The notes beneath the pieces are model-generated. The model was given only the letters and a program-made list of their open reading frames with translations, did not search any database and was not told the DNA's origin. A stretch of DNA of 64,000 nucleotides, taken from Phyllosticta citribraziliensis. Taxonomy: Eukaryota. The position numbers were made by a program, and so were the translations under genes. Below are positions 34,920 to 47,888 of the stretch, one piece after another; positions within the stretch are counted from its first letter, which is position 1; each line of letters begins with the position of its first letter. The stretch spans positions 620,001 to 684,000 of the forward strand of contig NW_027117345.1 in assembly GCF_038025025.1 (NCBI RefSeq), written 5' to 3'.

Positions 34920-37900
34920 AAGTCGCAGCGAAAGGCACCGCCCATCAGAACTGAGTCGTGAACACAAGCCATACAGCGAAGCCAAACTGCAAAATGGAGA
35001 TCGAGAGAAGGACTATTTTGTAGTCGATCGCAAGGGTGATCCGGACAATCTCGTCTATGGAAAACTTCACCGATGGAGTATTCCTAATTATACCAGGGCG
35101 GGCGCTGGATATATTCTGGGTCTATCCTCAGATTTCAGAATCGACAGATTTGAGTCAGATGACAAAGGCATTGCTATCACCTTCAAAGGTCATCACGGCA
35201 AACCTGAACGTCGACTTCTTTCTCGGCAGCATCGAGCGCAGGACATGCCCACTCTGAGAGTTGTCAAACCAATGAGTGACTTGCAAGACGAATTTGACAG
35301 CACCCTAGACTTCATACCCGTCCGCAGCAGAAAGCGTAAACGTGGTTCTGAAGAACCAGATGTGGAAGGTGAGCAGATTGATTACCGGTCGATCGAGGGC
35401 AAAGCAAAGGCCAAAAACGCTTTGGATGATTCGGATCTTGAAGACGCCGATGACAACATGGACGGCGATGCCTACCAGGACTTTTTGTCCGAAACCAAAG
35501 CGCGCAACGCCGTCCTCACAAGAAAGGTTCAAGAAGAGCCTCATAGTTTTTCGGCATGGTTAGATCTGATAAATCACCAAGAGGCAATGATCCGGATTGG
35601 TTCTCTTGATGTTCACCGCCAACTCAAAGCCACGGAGCGGCATGCACTTGCTTCTCTTAGACTCGAAATTTACGAGAGGGCCTTGAAAGAAGTCAAAGAC
35701 GAACGCCTTATCCTCGGTCTCATGAACGAAAGCTCAAAAATCCACGGCAGGGAAGAGCACTTCAAAAAATGGAGGCAATGTCTGCAAGACCACCCCGAAA
35801 GCACAAGCCTGTGGATCAAATACATCGATGCTCTCCAAACCAATCTTGCCGAGTATCGTTACGAGAGCTGTCACGCAAAGTATTTGGACTGCCTCCGCCT
35901 CTTGTCGAGTCAGAGCTCTCGGACCAACTACAGCCTTCGTCTCTATCTCTTCCTCCGTTTGACGAGCATGATGCGAGATGCAGGGTATCAAGAGCGTGCG
36001 ATGGCACTGTGGCAAGCCCTTTTTGAATACCAATTCTTTCGGCCTGACGGAACATCACTCCAAGACTTCGAGGAATTCTGGGAAAGCGAGTGCCCGCGCA
36101 TTGGCGAGCCTGGGAGTCAGGGGTGGGCCATCCACCGACAACAAGAACAATGGCCAGACCCTCCAGATACTGGAACAGCCGTTCCTAACAATGTCTCAGA
36201 CAGCAAGAACGTATTCGATAGCTTTGTTACGAACGAGCTGCGGCTTGCAAGAGCATTCGAGTTTCCAGGAAGAACCATCGACGAGGCTGGCGAAGACGAT
36301 CCATTCCATGTCGTATTGTTCAACGATATACAAAGTGAACTCGAGCTCCTTCAAGACAAACTCCCGCCTGTCATGCTGGTCGAGGCTTATTTGTGTTTCT
36401 GGGGTTTGCCGCCTCTTGCGACCTCGGAACTGGAGACAAGGAAATGGTGGCTAGATCCTTTCCTCCGACATGAGAAGCTCGACTGCTGCAGTTATGAGGG
36501 GGCTGCTTCGCACGAAGCAAAGACAGGTCACTCGACAGCCTTTGACGATGCATGGAAGCCCCAAATGACCTACTCGCAAGTATCAACTGGCGATCTCTTT
36601 GACGGCAATCTCTTTGATCAAGTCTGCCTCCGGAATCAGCAGGAGTGGCTCAAAAGGACTCTCAAGGCCTTAGCTAACAAAGTCGACTCCGACGCTGTAG
36701 GAGAGTACTACCTGGCGTTCGAATGGTGCTGCAATCCGACCAGTGCCGCCAAAGCAGCAAAGGCCATCCTGAAAAAGCAGTCCTCGAGTCTGCGTTTGTA
36801 CAATGCTTACGCGCTGGTCGAGAGCCGGTCTGGCAAGAAAGCTGAAGCGAATCGAGTCTTCGCTACCGCCCTTGGATTGAGCGCGCAACTTGGCCATGAT
36901 GCCCAGAAGATGTCCATCCTGCTGTGGCGTTCATGGATCTGGGAAGCCCTTCGCGAGGAAGACGCTGCCGCGGTGCGACATCGAGTATCGTCAATTGGAG
37001 ACACAAAACCAAAACCAGAGCCACCAGCTTCAACCGAAGAGAACCAGCAATTCAGCCCGTCTACTCTCCTCAAGGTTCGCCGCGCCCTTTCCGAAGGCCG
37101 TGACCACTCCCTCTCAACCAATGAGCCCATGCTCGCGGTCCAGTACACCGAATGCCTTGCCATCCTCGAATACCTTCACAGTCAGCTCGATATCGCCGCC
37201 GCCCTCGAGCCCTTCAACCATCTTTCCAAGGAGCTGGAGTCACGCAAGCAGCTCTACTCCACGGCCCACGAAGCCGCACACCAAGCCAAGTACCGGCTGC
37301 TGACGCACCACGCACGGCGCACCAGGCTTTTCAAGCCGTCGATCATACGCGAGGAGCTGCAGACAAGCGTGGCCCTATTCCCCAACAACACGGGCTTCTT
37401 GTCACTCTTCGCGAGCCACGAGGCGCGCTTCCGCATCGACGACCGCCTGCGCGCCATCCTGCAGGACGTGGTGCTATCGCAGAAGGGGACATATAACGAC
37501 GACGCCGCCGCCGGCCCGTCCGTCATCGCCTGGCACTTCTCGATCCACAGCGAAATCGCGCGCAGCCGGGCCGCCGCCGCCGTCGGAACAGGCAGCAGCA
37601 GCAGCCACGCGGTGCGCGCCGCTTTCGAAAAAGCGCTTGCCAGCGACGCCGCCGGGAGCAACAGCGCCGCGCTGTGGTCCTCGTACGTCGTCTACCTCGC
37701 GCGCCAGCTCGGCGACGCGCGCGCCGCCAAAGCCGCCTTCTTCCGCGGCCTCCTGCACCTGCCCTTCGCCAAGCACTTCGTCCTGCTGGCGTTTGAGGTG
37801 CTCGGGGAGTCGGTCCTCGGGTTCCGGGATGCACGGAGCCTGTACAATACGCTGCATGAGAAGGAGTTGAGGGTGAGGGTGGATATTGATGCCGAGTTGG

Positions 37901-37968
37901 ACCGGGTGGAGAGGGTGGCTGAGGAGAGGAGGGCTCGTGATGTGATGGGCGAGCGGGATGACCATTAG
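34609..37968 (+). CDS. NRDE2: NRDE-2 / Nrl1-like nuclear RNA surveillance and splicing factor
   Basis: Intronless 1119-aa ORF; N-terminal VPKFSSFKPK, DRKGDPDNLVYG...IPNY, AGYQERAMALWQALFE, FEEFWESECPRIGEPG, DDPFHVVLFNDI, C-terminal EKELRVRVDI. Confidence 0.9.
34887..34919 (+). repeat. (CAGGAG)n hexamer repeat encoding an RS tract
   Basis: Five and a half perfect units giving RSRSRSRSRSRS in NRDE2. Confidence 0.9.
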
Positions 37969-38890
37969 GGGCCTTGGATTGGGAATTCGGGGAATTGAGT
38001 GCGTTTATTCAATGCATTCTTAATCAATGGTTCGCCCAGCTGCAAGTTTTTTGAAGTGTGACCGTCTGAGGCTTGTGCCGAAAGTTATGGGGTACACAAT
38101 AATGGAATCCGGGAAGCAGATGACGACAGATGGGGGGGCATCCGTACGGTCTACTGGGCAGCCGACGGGAAGTATTCACTTCACTGTAGCCAGAGCTCCA
38201 GGGGGCATTCAAGTATCCACATGGAATGGTAACGGGCAGCATTCAAGCTTGTCAACAAACCTTATTCATCTAAGCAAAACCAGGTTAATAGCTCGTACGC
38301 GACTCATTGCGCCCAAAGCCATGTGAACTCAATAATCCACTCAATCTCATTGCATTCTATCTTTTTGGTGGTCAAAAAACCGACCCTGATACCAATATCC
38401 CACGCCATCCCCACGTCGTTCTGCCAACTATTCGCATAACGCCGACTGCAAAGAGACAAACCGACCACCAAATCCCGTCTGGGTATAAAACTCGTGATTG
38501 ACCAATGCCACGGCAGCCAGTCACCCAGCCGGAAAAACTGCAGCCAAGAACGATGTAATTACCGAGTTGGAAAAAGGCAACGATGGTGTTTTGACGGGGT
38601 AAAAGACGCCGAAAGGAGAAGCGCAAGGAGAGGGAAAATGTGACTGTGTCGAGTCGGGTATCGCGAAGTAAGAGTCTGCCGTGGGTGCCAAAGGCGCAGC
38701 AGATGCAAGACTTGATCGAGGTCAAAGAGGAACAGAGCAGCATGCCGTTGCACCAAAAGAAAAGAAGTCGCAGTCGATTACGCCAGACGGAACCAACGAT
38801 GGACGCTGCAAAGAGCTTTCAGAACCAAGAGTAGGCCATATGCAGAACCAGGAGCCGAAAACGGAAAGTGGTGGCGCAAGGATTTTTCAT

Positions 38891-41475
38891 CTAGCTGGTT
38901 CCAGTACCGTCGGCACCAGGGAAGATGGGCTTGTCGCCGCGGCGCAAAGTGACAGAGAAACGGCCAGTGCCGCCCGCGGGGCGATGGTCGAAGCACGCCT
39001 CATCGGCAGCCTCGGCGTTGTCCCAGGCGAATGAAGCTCGGAACAAGATCGTCAGCACCATTTGCTCGGACATGGGCAGGTGTTGGATGATTTCGCCAAG
39101 GCCCGGGTCGTGGACTGGTATCATGAGGTCCTCAAGAGCCTCGCTACGTTGAGTGACGTACTCTATTTGTTTCGCGGTAAGATGCATTTGATGAAAGTCG
39201 TGTCCGAAGCTGGGGTCGAGGTCTTCAAAGCGATACGGATCATTGTAGAGGAAGCAGTAGCCGCAAGAGATTACTTCGACGTGCTCCAATGGGAGCTCTT
39301 CGCGCCTGTTCTCCGACTGGCAACCTGGTAGGTCGGCCATGCACCTGCCAGGGGAGATTTTGTCCAGAACCTTGGCCCAAGACTCTGGATGCATTCTTGA
39401 AAAAGGCATCGGAGGAGGCAGCGGCGGCAGCGGTGCAGCAGGCGCTTGTGGACCACCTCCTGCTTGTGGACCACCGCCGTTGCCAGCGAGAAAGTCTGCG
39501 GGCTCATGTTGAGGAAGAAGCTGCGGAAGATTACGCGCGGGCGAAATTTCGAGACCCGGACGGAAGTTCTGTCTAACAGCTGCCCGGATAAGCTGGTTTG
39601 CGGTTATGCCCTGGGCTGGAGCGTTTGCATTGGGACCAGGCACGTTGACTTGTCCAGCAGTGACAGGCGGTCCAGCGATGCTTGCCAGCGCAGGATGGAA
39701 GTGTCCACCGGCAAGAAATTGTGCAGTAGCATGAGGCATGCCTTGAGCAATCAGGGCCTGAGTTTGAGCATTGGTATTAGCATTCGCAGCGGGGGCAGTG
39801 GCCGCGGCCGCGGCAGCAGCTGGCGCATGGTGTTGTGGAGGAGCAGGACCATGTGCCCTGTATCCGAGAAGCGACACGGACTCCAGAGTCAGCTTGCGGA
39901 GACGATGCTTGCCGTTGAGCCGGGCCAAGTCGGTGATGGCGCCCGCCGTCGCCCAACAATTCTTGATGTGGAGATCTTCGACATGAGGGAAAGCCACAAC
40001 ACTGTCAAAAGAGAACGTTGTGTGCCACCTTTGTAGCGAAGGCTTTTTGGACATTAATGGGGCAGGCAAGAGGTGCATGTTGCGGCCATAGAGACCCTTT
40101 TCGTGCTCACCGCCACTGGCCCAGCCGAAAGACAGATGCGTAACATTGGTGAGCGGAGAGATGAACTTCTTCAGCAGGTGGTTGAAGACGGGCACGGCTC
40201 TTGACGGCCTCACATAAGACGAGGTAGCTCCTCCAAATTCGTTCACGTGGACTTCACGGAACTGGCCGGCTACAAAAAGCTTGAGCGTGCGAAGATTTGG
40301 AAGCGAGGCCCAAAAGTCGGAACGGCAAACTAATTGCAAAAAGTCGGCGGGTAGACGAGCAATGTTCAGTGTATGGACCTGGGCCGAAGGCGGCAGAAAG
40401 TCGATGACTGAAATAATGTATGACGAAAGAAAGGCTTGCTGGGCCCACCAATTCTCCAGAAGCAACTCGATCTGGCGACTAGACAAGCGGCTTGGACGAA
40501 TGGGATGGCTCCTGATTTGGTCTTGTTTTCCGGTATCCTGAGAGACCACTAGAAAACCAGAATTGTGCTCGGGCACCTTGTTGGCGGGCATCCCAGTTCC
40601 AATCGCCTCCCAGAGAAGCTGGCGACTTAGATATGGCATCTCAGGGCTAGAGTCCGCATAGCAAATGCCGTAGTCAGATTCGACCAGATGCAGAGACGAA
40701 CACCAGAGATCGACTTTGTCTTCGCTGCGGTGGTAGCGGGCCTTGATCAGCTCCCAAAGATTCTGCTTGGCAGTCGACTCGCGTGAAGGGACTTTGAATC
40801 TGTTCTTAACAATAGGCTCCCTTTCATTCAGAACCTGATCGCGAATGGACTTGTCGGGACCTGCGAGCCAACCCAAGCCATTGTCAACAGAAATGGCCAG
40901 CTCCTCAACCTGACGGAGCTCCGAGAACGCTGCGCACACTCCAAATCCCTCGTCGGTGTCTCCTTCGAGGGCTTGCAGATGGTCGAAACGCAGATAATAC
41001 GGCGCCGGCCAATCGTAGTGGCCCCAGTAGGACTCACGCGGCTCAAGCAAGTGCTTTGCGGGTGGAGCCGCAAGGATCGCTGTGTAGCGTAAGTATCCGA
41101 TCCCTTTGAGGGACTATCAAGCGCCTTACCTTCGGGGAGCTCGAAGCGTAAACCAAAGTTCTTGATGCTGTTGCCAAAGCTTCCGAAAATGTTGGTGTTG
41201 ACTTTTTTCTCCTTTCCCTTTCTGGACACGGTCGCCAACGAGGGATATGCATGCTCGAAGATGCCCAAGTGGTATGGAACCTCGACGGCTTCGAACAGGA
41301 TGGGAGCCAAAAAGAAGTTGACCTCCTTGCACGTGAGGCGCAAGGCTTTTACGTCTCCAATGGAAAGGTGAGAGCATATGAGCTGGTAGACCTCCTGGGG
41401 CAGATTGGGATTTTCAGACGAATTGTTGATGGGCCAAGTTGGATTATGGGTTGACGACGAAGGCGCAGAGTCCAT
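38891..41475 (-). CDS. F-box domain protein (fungal, LRR-like C-terminal region)
   Basis: ATG 41475; F-box LPQEVYQLICSHLSIGDVKALRLTCK; intron 41080-41129 joins in frame to the 719-aa ORF (ELAISVDNGLGWLAGPD, LPNLRTLKL, GWASGGEH, FDHRPAGGTGRFS). Confidence 0.85.
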
Positions 41476-42671
41476 GCGGTCATCTTGAGTGCTCGCACAA
41501 GTGCCAGCCACGCCTGCCGCCTCGATACAAGGCGGAGAGCGGGGATGATGATGGGGACAAGGAAATGGCTGGTCAAGAAGCAGGAGAGGACATGCGCTGT
41601 ACCTGAGCGGTCGCAGAAATGCTTTGTTTAGGTCGGGCCACACGTCGCTGCCGCGGGGCATTTCCATGCCGAACTTGAACAGCGCGCGAGGCTCCAAATC
41701 CATGACGGCCAAGGCAGCTCTTGAATTGGCAGCCTCGTGGGAGAAATGGGGAGCATGCTCAGCGTCGCTAGGCCTCTGCTTGACTCCGTCAATGTACATA
41801 TCTATGGTGCAGTTAAGCATTCCTTTTGAAACCAAATGGACCGCGGGGGGACTTACTCAAAGAAGGAATGTTGGCCCGGAAGGCCATGTCTGCATGTGGC
41901 AGGCCGGGCACCTGAAGAGCAGTCGTTGCTTGCGTCAAACGAGAGACGCCGTTGAGAGAATGCCGGCCGGTGATGAGGAAGAGATGAAGTGTGTGTGCTG
42001 GGACAGAGGTCGTTGACAGTCGAGGTCCACGAGGCGACAAGAGGGCGGAACGGCAGCTAACCCGAATACGGAAGCCGCCTGCCCATAGGGCTGACCAGGG
42101 CCGGGGTGGTCCGAGGCTTCAGTCATTTCCTTCCTTGTTGATCGAATGCTCCCCGTCAGTCATCTGTTAGAGCATATGATTGCTCTTTGACTGAGGTGTT
42201 CCCTAATATGGTTGTGTGTACCACGAATTTTGCGACCGAGCCTTGGTTGGTTCTCGGTCGCGTCGGCACCTCCAAGAACAAAATCCTTGAAGGGTCAAGA
42301 AAAGTCACTGTTGAAGGGTGTGTGGAAATTTTGTCATGAAAGAGAACAGCGGAATCAGCGCCATTTTTCGTCGCAGGCACAGAGACAATATCCTATTCAA
42401 TGCCCAGCTATCAAGAGGCACGCCACCAAGTGATCAGAGATATATTGGTTCCCGCAACCTTCTGGAGGTAGCCACGTCCTCCTCACCGCAAGACAAACAA
42501 ACAAACCAAGCCGACAATAATAGATTAAGAAGGTGCTACGAGCCCAAAGTTTCGATTTTGCTCCCCGAGACACACGGACAAGCCCCGGGGCGGACTTCGA
42601 GTGGAAAGTAAAAACCGTGCGCATATACATCATAGGTGGTAGTAGTATGGCCAGCCAGCCAGCTTTTCTCA

Positions 42672-43546
42672 TCAGAGCAGGGCAAACGCAACCGACCCAA
42701 CCGCCAGCGCCAACCCAGCCAGCGCAACCCTCGATCTCGCAGCCAGGCCCCTCGCGGCTTGTTCGGCCGCAGCTGTCGGAGGTGGCGTCGTGTTCTCGGG
42801 CTGCTTGGCGGCCAACGCCTTGAAAGCGTCGACTGTCTGATCCCCTGATGGCGGACTGCGTTGAGAATATCCAAATTAGCAAGGTGCGAGACCGCCTGGG
42901 AAGCGGAGCGATGGCAACTTACGCGTTGATGGCGCCCACCATGCCCTTTTGGCAGTGCTTTCCTTGGCTGCAGTAGAACCAGCGAGGCCGGTCGTCCGTG
43001 ATCTTGATGGTAAAGGCGAGGATGCTGTTGCTGGCGGCGACGCTGGTGGGCATGAAGCCGGAGAAGAAGGCGTCTTTGCTGTTGATGGGTTGGCAGGGTG
43101 CGTCAAATGTCGATTCTACAACCGAGTGGTTCTGCAGCAAACACGAATCCAAAGTTAGCCCTTATCCTTTGTGACGCCATGTCTTCACAGCAGCAAGACC
43201 TTCTCGTACGAACATTTGGATGAAATTGGAACTGGACAAACGAGCCTACTGGCGCCTGGACGGAATCCGGGAAGAAGGCGAGGGCATTGTCCTGGTTGCT
43301 CACTTGCACCACAATCACTCGATCGCCAGGTCCCGCAGAAGTGCCGCCTTGCTGCTGAGGTTGTTGCGCATCTTGTCGCTTGAAGATAGAACCACCGCGT
43401 AGTGATGGATTCATCATGGAACCAAGCCGTGGGGCAGGCAGTCCGGCGCGAGGCACGGCAAAGTCCATGTGCGGTCTGGGTCGAAAGGTCGCAAGCGTTG
43501 AGCTTGCACTGAGAAGCGCAGCAAACAGGTGCTTGGTTAACAACAT
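42672..43546 (-). CDS. Extracellular cupredoxin-domain protein, probably GPI-anchored
   Basis: Signal peptide; introns 43132-43213 and 42856-42922; VQFQFHPNNHSVVESTFDAPCQP...WFYCSQGKHCQKGMVGAIN (His/Cys/His/Met type-1 copper ligands); hydrophobic C-terminus VALAGLALAVGSVAFALL. Confidence 0.88.
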
Positions 43547-44570
43547 GGCGACACTGGAAGGCAGAAACGAAAGGAATCCGGGTACTAGATCAAGGAAAGA
43601 AAGGCCCTATGCTGAACTCTGGTCTAGCCAGGAAACGAAGTGAAGAGATTGGGAGGGAGAGACCGCCTTGGGCGCGCAAGGATATGTGAACGTGGGCAGA
43701 AGTAATGTCGAGACAGAATAACTAGCAAAAGAACTTGAATTTTGGTGGAGGCTACCATGCCCACTCTATTATGTTGCGCATAGACCAAGTAGCTTGCCCA
43801 CCCCGTCTCATATCTCGAGGCTTTGCCTCACAAGCATCCTTCGTGACAGAGGCTGCGGGGTAGCCGTGCTTCAGACTGGGATGTCGGGAGGTCGGCGAAT
43901 ATCAAATGGAGCTGGTAAGCTTGAGTACAAGTGCCATGCCGGGTGGCACTATCCCTCGTTGACAGAAGCGCTAAGGCGATTGACTTGAGGATCATGTAGG
44001 CCAACACCAAAGAAGCGGCAAGAGAGCCAGAAACACCAACGGCCATTGGTGCTCGGTAGAGTGGTTGCCGGATTAGTCGTTAAACGTGCAGACTGATTGG
44101 CGATGCTCCTAGTGGAGTTGACAGAATGGGCGTGCTAGGTTTGAGCACCGTCGCGCCACTCAGAGATGCGACGTCTCTCGGACCACCTTTTCCTTCAAAC
44201 ACGGCTGGGTGAAGGACAAACCGACTTTGCATATCCGGAAACCTCCATACCATACCAAGACCAGCCAGGTCAAATGACCAAAGCGAGAGAGATCGGGTAG
44301 AAAGGACCCATGATAAATCCTGGAGCGGTTTCCACACATCATATATGCTTGCGGAGCGCCGGGGATTTCGCCCTTTGATGGCGAATTTTGAATCTTGAAA
44401 ATGTCCATGACCAGCTGGGGTCCCTTCGATACTCTTCCAAATTCATGGCGGCGAATCTTATGGCGCATAAGAAGGACTCGCTTTCATGGCAGCGCGCGAG
44501 GAGGATATTGCGGCAGTCTTATGGTCAACCTGTGGGGTTTCCATATCTTCAGTCCAGTATGGATCGCTGA

Positions 44571-45265
44571 TCAAAAGTCCAGCAGGAGTTGCGGCGCCAG
44601 CTTTTCAAGGTCCTCGACCTGCAAGTAAGGCATTCAGTCAGCTTACACTTTTCGGCAAGACTTCCGTCAAGGCCGTAGCTCACCTGCAGAAAGCCATCGC
44701 CGGCTCCACCCAGGCTCTCCTCCTCGGTTTGCCTTCCAATCATCGCCCGAGCCAGTGCCTCTCTGACAAAAGTCTCCACGTACTTCTGTGTCACAGCCAT
44801 GGCCTCTTTGCCTATCCGCACCTCTTTGTCCTCTAGCCCCTCGTGTAACAAGGCATTCAGCAGCTTTGCTGGTATGGGGTCTTTTGCAGTCGCGCCGAAG
44901 GCGTTTTGGGACGGCGGCAAGGCAGTCTCGTGATGTGGGGACGGGGAAACGCGGTGTGTGGACGAGCTGCGACGTCGGCTTGGTACCGGCGCGCGAGACG
45001 TGTCATTCAGGTCATCTGCAGAGAAATCGTCCTCAATGTCTGACATGTCGATTGAACCGGACGAGATGACTGTCGTCGCTGGTTTGAACGCGGCGCCTGG
45101 GCGAGCAGTTGTCGAGCTTGGCCCGGCTCGCGGCGGTGCGACTCTGGCCTGGGTGCGCAAGGTGGCTGTCTGGCTAGGACCGGCCTCGACCGCGCTTGCT
45201 TGGTTTTTCAGTTGCCGAGGTGGTTTGAAGGCCTTGTTGGCGCTTTGCTGGCGTATCGGAGGCAT
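44571..45265 (-). CDS. MHF2: Centromere protein X / MHF2 histone-fold protein
   Basis: IPAKLLNALLHEGL...RIGKEAMAVTQKYVETFVREALARA...GFLQ, intron 44619-44683, VEDLEKLAPQLLLDF-stop (CENP-X signature). Confidence 0.9.
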
Positions 45266-45902
45266 GGTCGCAATGGGCCGGCTTAGTGTGGATGGTAGGC
45301 AATGCAGAGATGGATGAGAGTTGTTTGGTCGAGGATGGATAAAGGCAGAGCAACTTGGGAAGGGCAAGATGAGCGCGTCTCCGGCCCGCCGCGAGCAACC
45401 ACGCAATCACGTGTAGCCAAAGCACCCATCGGTAAATCCCAGTCACGCGACAGCAGCGTCATTTGGCGCTTAGGTTGGTAAATTGCACAATGTCAAGCAG
45501 GTGCCCCTGACGCAATCTTCGATGCAATGTAGGTACATGTATTATGGCGGGCCGCTGGGCCGCCGGCAGCTGGGTAGCTCGGTCATAGTAGGTAAAAAGG
45601 ACTGGGTATATGCTGCGCCGCAATGCTCACAAAAGTAATATCAACGCCGCCTTCTTGAGAGAACCAGGAACGCCTTGCAGATGGCGCCCCTAAACGCCAC
45701 AAAATATGCAGATGTGACTCCATGCAGCCGCCCTTGTGCAACCTCTTCTCTGCCCTTCAAGACACGTTGGTCATGCGGCTGCAGCCAGGAGCAAGACCAG
45801 AACGAACAAGCAAAAGAAAAAAGTCCATTTCGCATCCAATCAGAAGAGAAAGAGAGACAAAAGCGACCTTGATGAGATTAAAGGAAAAGGTAGAACATCC
45901 AG

Positions 45903-47107
45903 TCACTTTTTGAACAGTGCTATGAAACTCTTCCTTTTGCTCATCTTGGGCATAGGTTTCGACTCTGGAATGGCCGGCGCTTTGTAGCCGCTGAGGTTCG
46001 GTGTCGACTTCATGGGCGCCATTGATTTTCTTTTGGCAGTTCTAACGTTCAATTTGCTGTCGACCGGTGACAGGTCTTTTGCCTCGCCCGTGCTGGGAGC
46101 GCGTTCAGGTATCGGCGTCGAGACATCGAACGGAAGAGGGCTCGTTGGCGTGACAATGCTCGCAGATGCCAGCGAGCCGTTGCGTGAGGGCGGCGACGTC
46201 TTTGCCCGAAGCATGAAGGATCGCCTGGACTGCTTTGTCGTCGGACGCTTCACTTCACCGTTGGCCTCGGCCTGCTTCTTCTGTTCGCGTTCGATTTCGC
46301 CTAGCACGGTCCGACCATTCGTGGCAAGGTTTGATTCCTCCAAGGGATGGAATCGGATGACGCCCCTTTCCGGTGTCACGTTCAGGATCTCGTCCAGAAA
46401 TTGTTGAAGTAGAGCGGCATTGCGCTTGTTCGTCACTGGCTGCACCAGCGAAGGCACAGTCGTTATGCTTAGAACGTAGGCGGGTTCGAAGGAGCCGCTG
46501 AGCAGCAGGCAGGTCGAATGCTGGAGGCTGATCATGATGCTGGCCTCGGGTCTTTGGAAGCGCTGAGAGAGCTGCGAGGAAAGATCCGTGACTAGCGTGT
46601 ACTCGTCTTTAATCTGCAAGCGCATTAGGACCCAGCCAAACGCAGACATGGAAGTGGGTGGTTTTCACGCACAATGACATTGGTCTTGAGCTCTGCCACG
46701 ACGGGCGAGTCCTTGACCACGCGATCTCTCGCCGTGCCCACCGCATCCTTGTCGCTGAACTGGCCCTCATAGTATTGCGTCCTCCGCTTCGACTTGACGC
46801 TACGGGGCGTGCTGTGGGTGTCCGGGTCGAGTCTCTCTCCAGAGGGACCCCTGTCTACGGGCCGCATGATGTTCTTGCGCTCCTCGAGGGTCTCGCCCTC
46901 GGGTATGGTGCCGATGGGCGACTTTGGCGGAGGCTCGAGCGAAATGTTGGTGGGGACAGGAGAGAGCTGGTCCTTTTCCCCGGCGGGCACAATCAGAGTG
47001 GTGCCAACAGCCTTGGGGAATTGATCGGCAGGGTCGGCCATGGTCGACATGCTCGCCCTCTCATTTGAGATGTTGGAAGGATCCTGGCTATGGACGGAAT
47101 GAGGCAT
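45903..47107 (-). CDS. MIF/tautomerase-domain protein with disordered termini
   Basis: SPVVAELKTNVI, intron 46614-46672, IKDEYTLVTDLSSQLSQRFQRPE...LSGSFEPAYVLSI...QPVTNKRNAALLQ...RGVIRF...NLATNGRT. The start codon is uncertain. Confidence 0.82.
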
Positions 47108-47862
47108 GACTCTTGGGGGATACGTGGAGATGATGGGGAGCAATGGCGAGGCGAGAAAGCTGATGATGGGATTAAGTAAAGCAGAGGAATCCTTTGGGAT
47201 CTAGAGACGACGGCAAAGGGCGGACGTAGGTTGTACATGTGACATTCCTCGAGGGGCTCTGGGTAGGCAGGTGGCGTGGGGATGTCAGAGGCGCTACTGG
47301 ATAAGGCGTGGAGGCTGCGAGCGTGGCGTCGCGCGGCGGTAGCTGGAAGGGACGGACGCACCAAGGAGGACAGGCAGAGGGGGGAAGAGAAGAGGAGAGA
47401 GAAAAATGAAATTGACGTGGGAGGGGGGGGCGATGGTGTTGTTAAGACTGGGGGAGCGGCGCACAAGGCGACGTTCGAGATATGAAATGCATGCAGGCGC
47501 AGAGGGAAAAACAACATGTACGGTAAGTAGATTGATTGCTGGGACGGGAGTGGAGAGCATCATCCATCAGTGAGTGGTTTGGTTTGGTTTGGGACCGCAA
47601 GACGCGCATCCACGCATCCGCATGTGGAACCCTAGTCGCTGCGACGAGTGCGGAAAGGCTCGTCGCCTTATCGCCAGCTCGTAAATGATGCTGAGGCCTT
47701 TGACTGTGGCACCCGGCGGCGCTGCGAACTGATATCGACTCTCGGTCTCTGGGGCGGGTGAGAAATCGACGGCGTGCAGTGGGTGGCAAGATGGACTTGG
47801 GATAGAGTGGGTGGTGTGTGGTGTTGGTGCGACGAGACGAGACGAGACTCCCTCTGGATGCA

Positions 47863-47888
47863 TCTCTCTCTCTCTCTCTCTCTCTCTC
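47863..47888. repeat. (TC)13 microsatellite
   Basis: Read directly. Confidence 0.95.
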
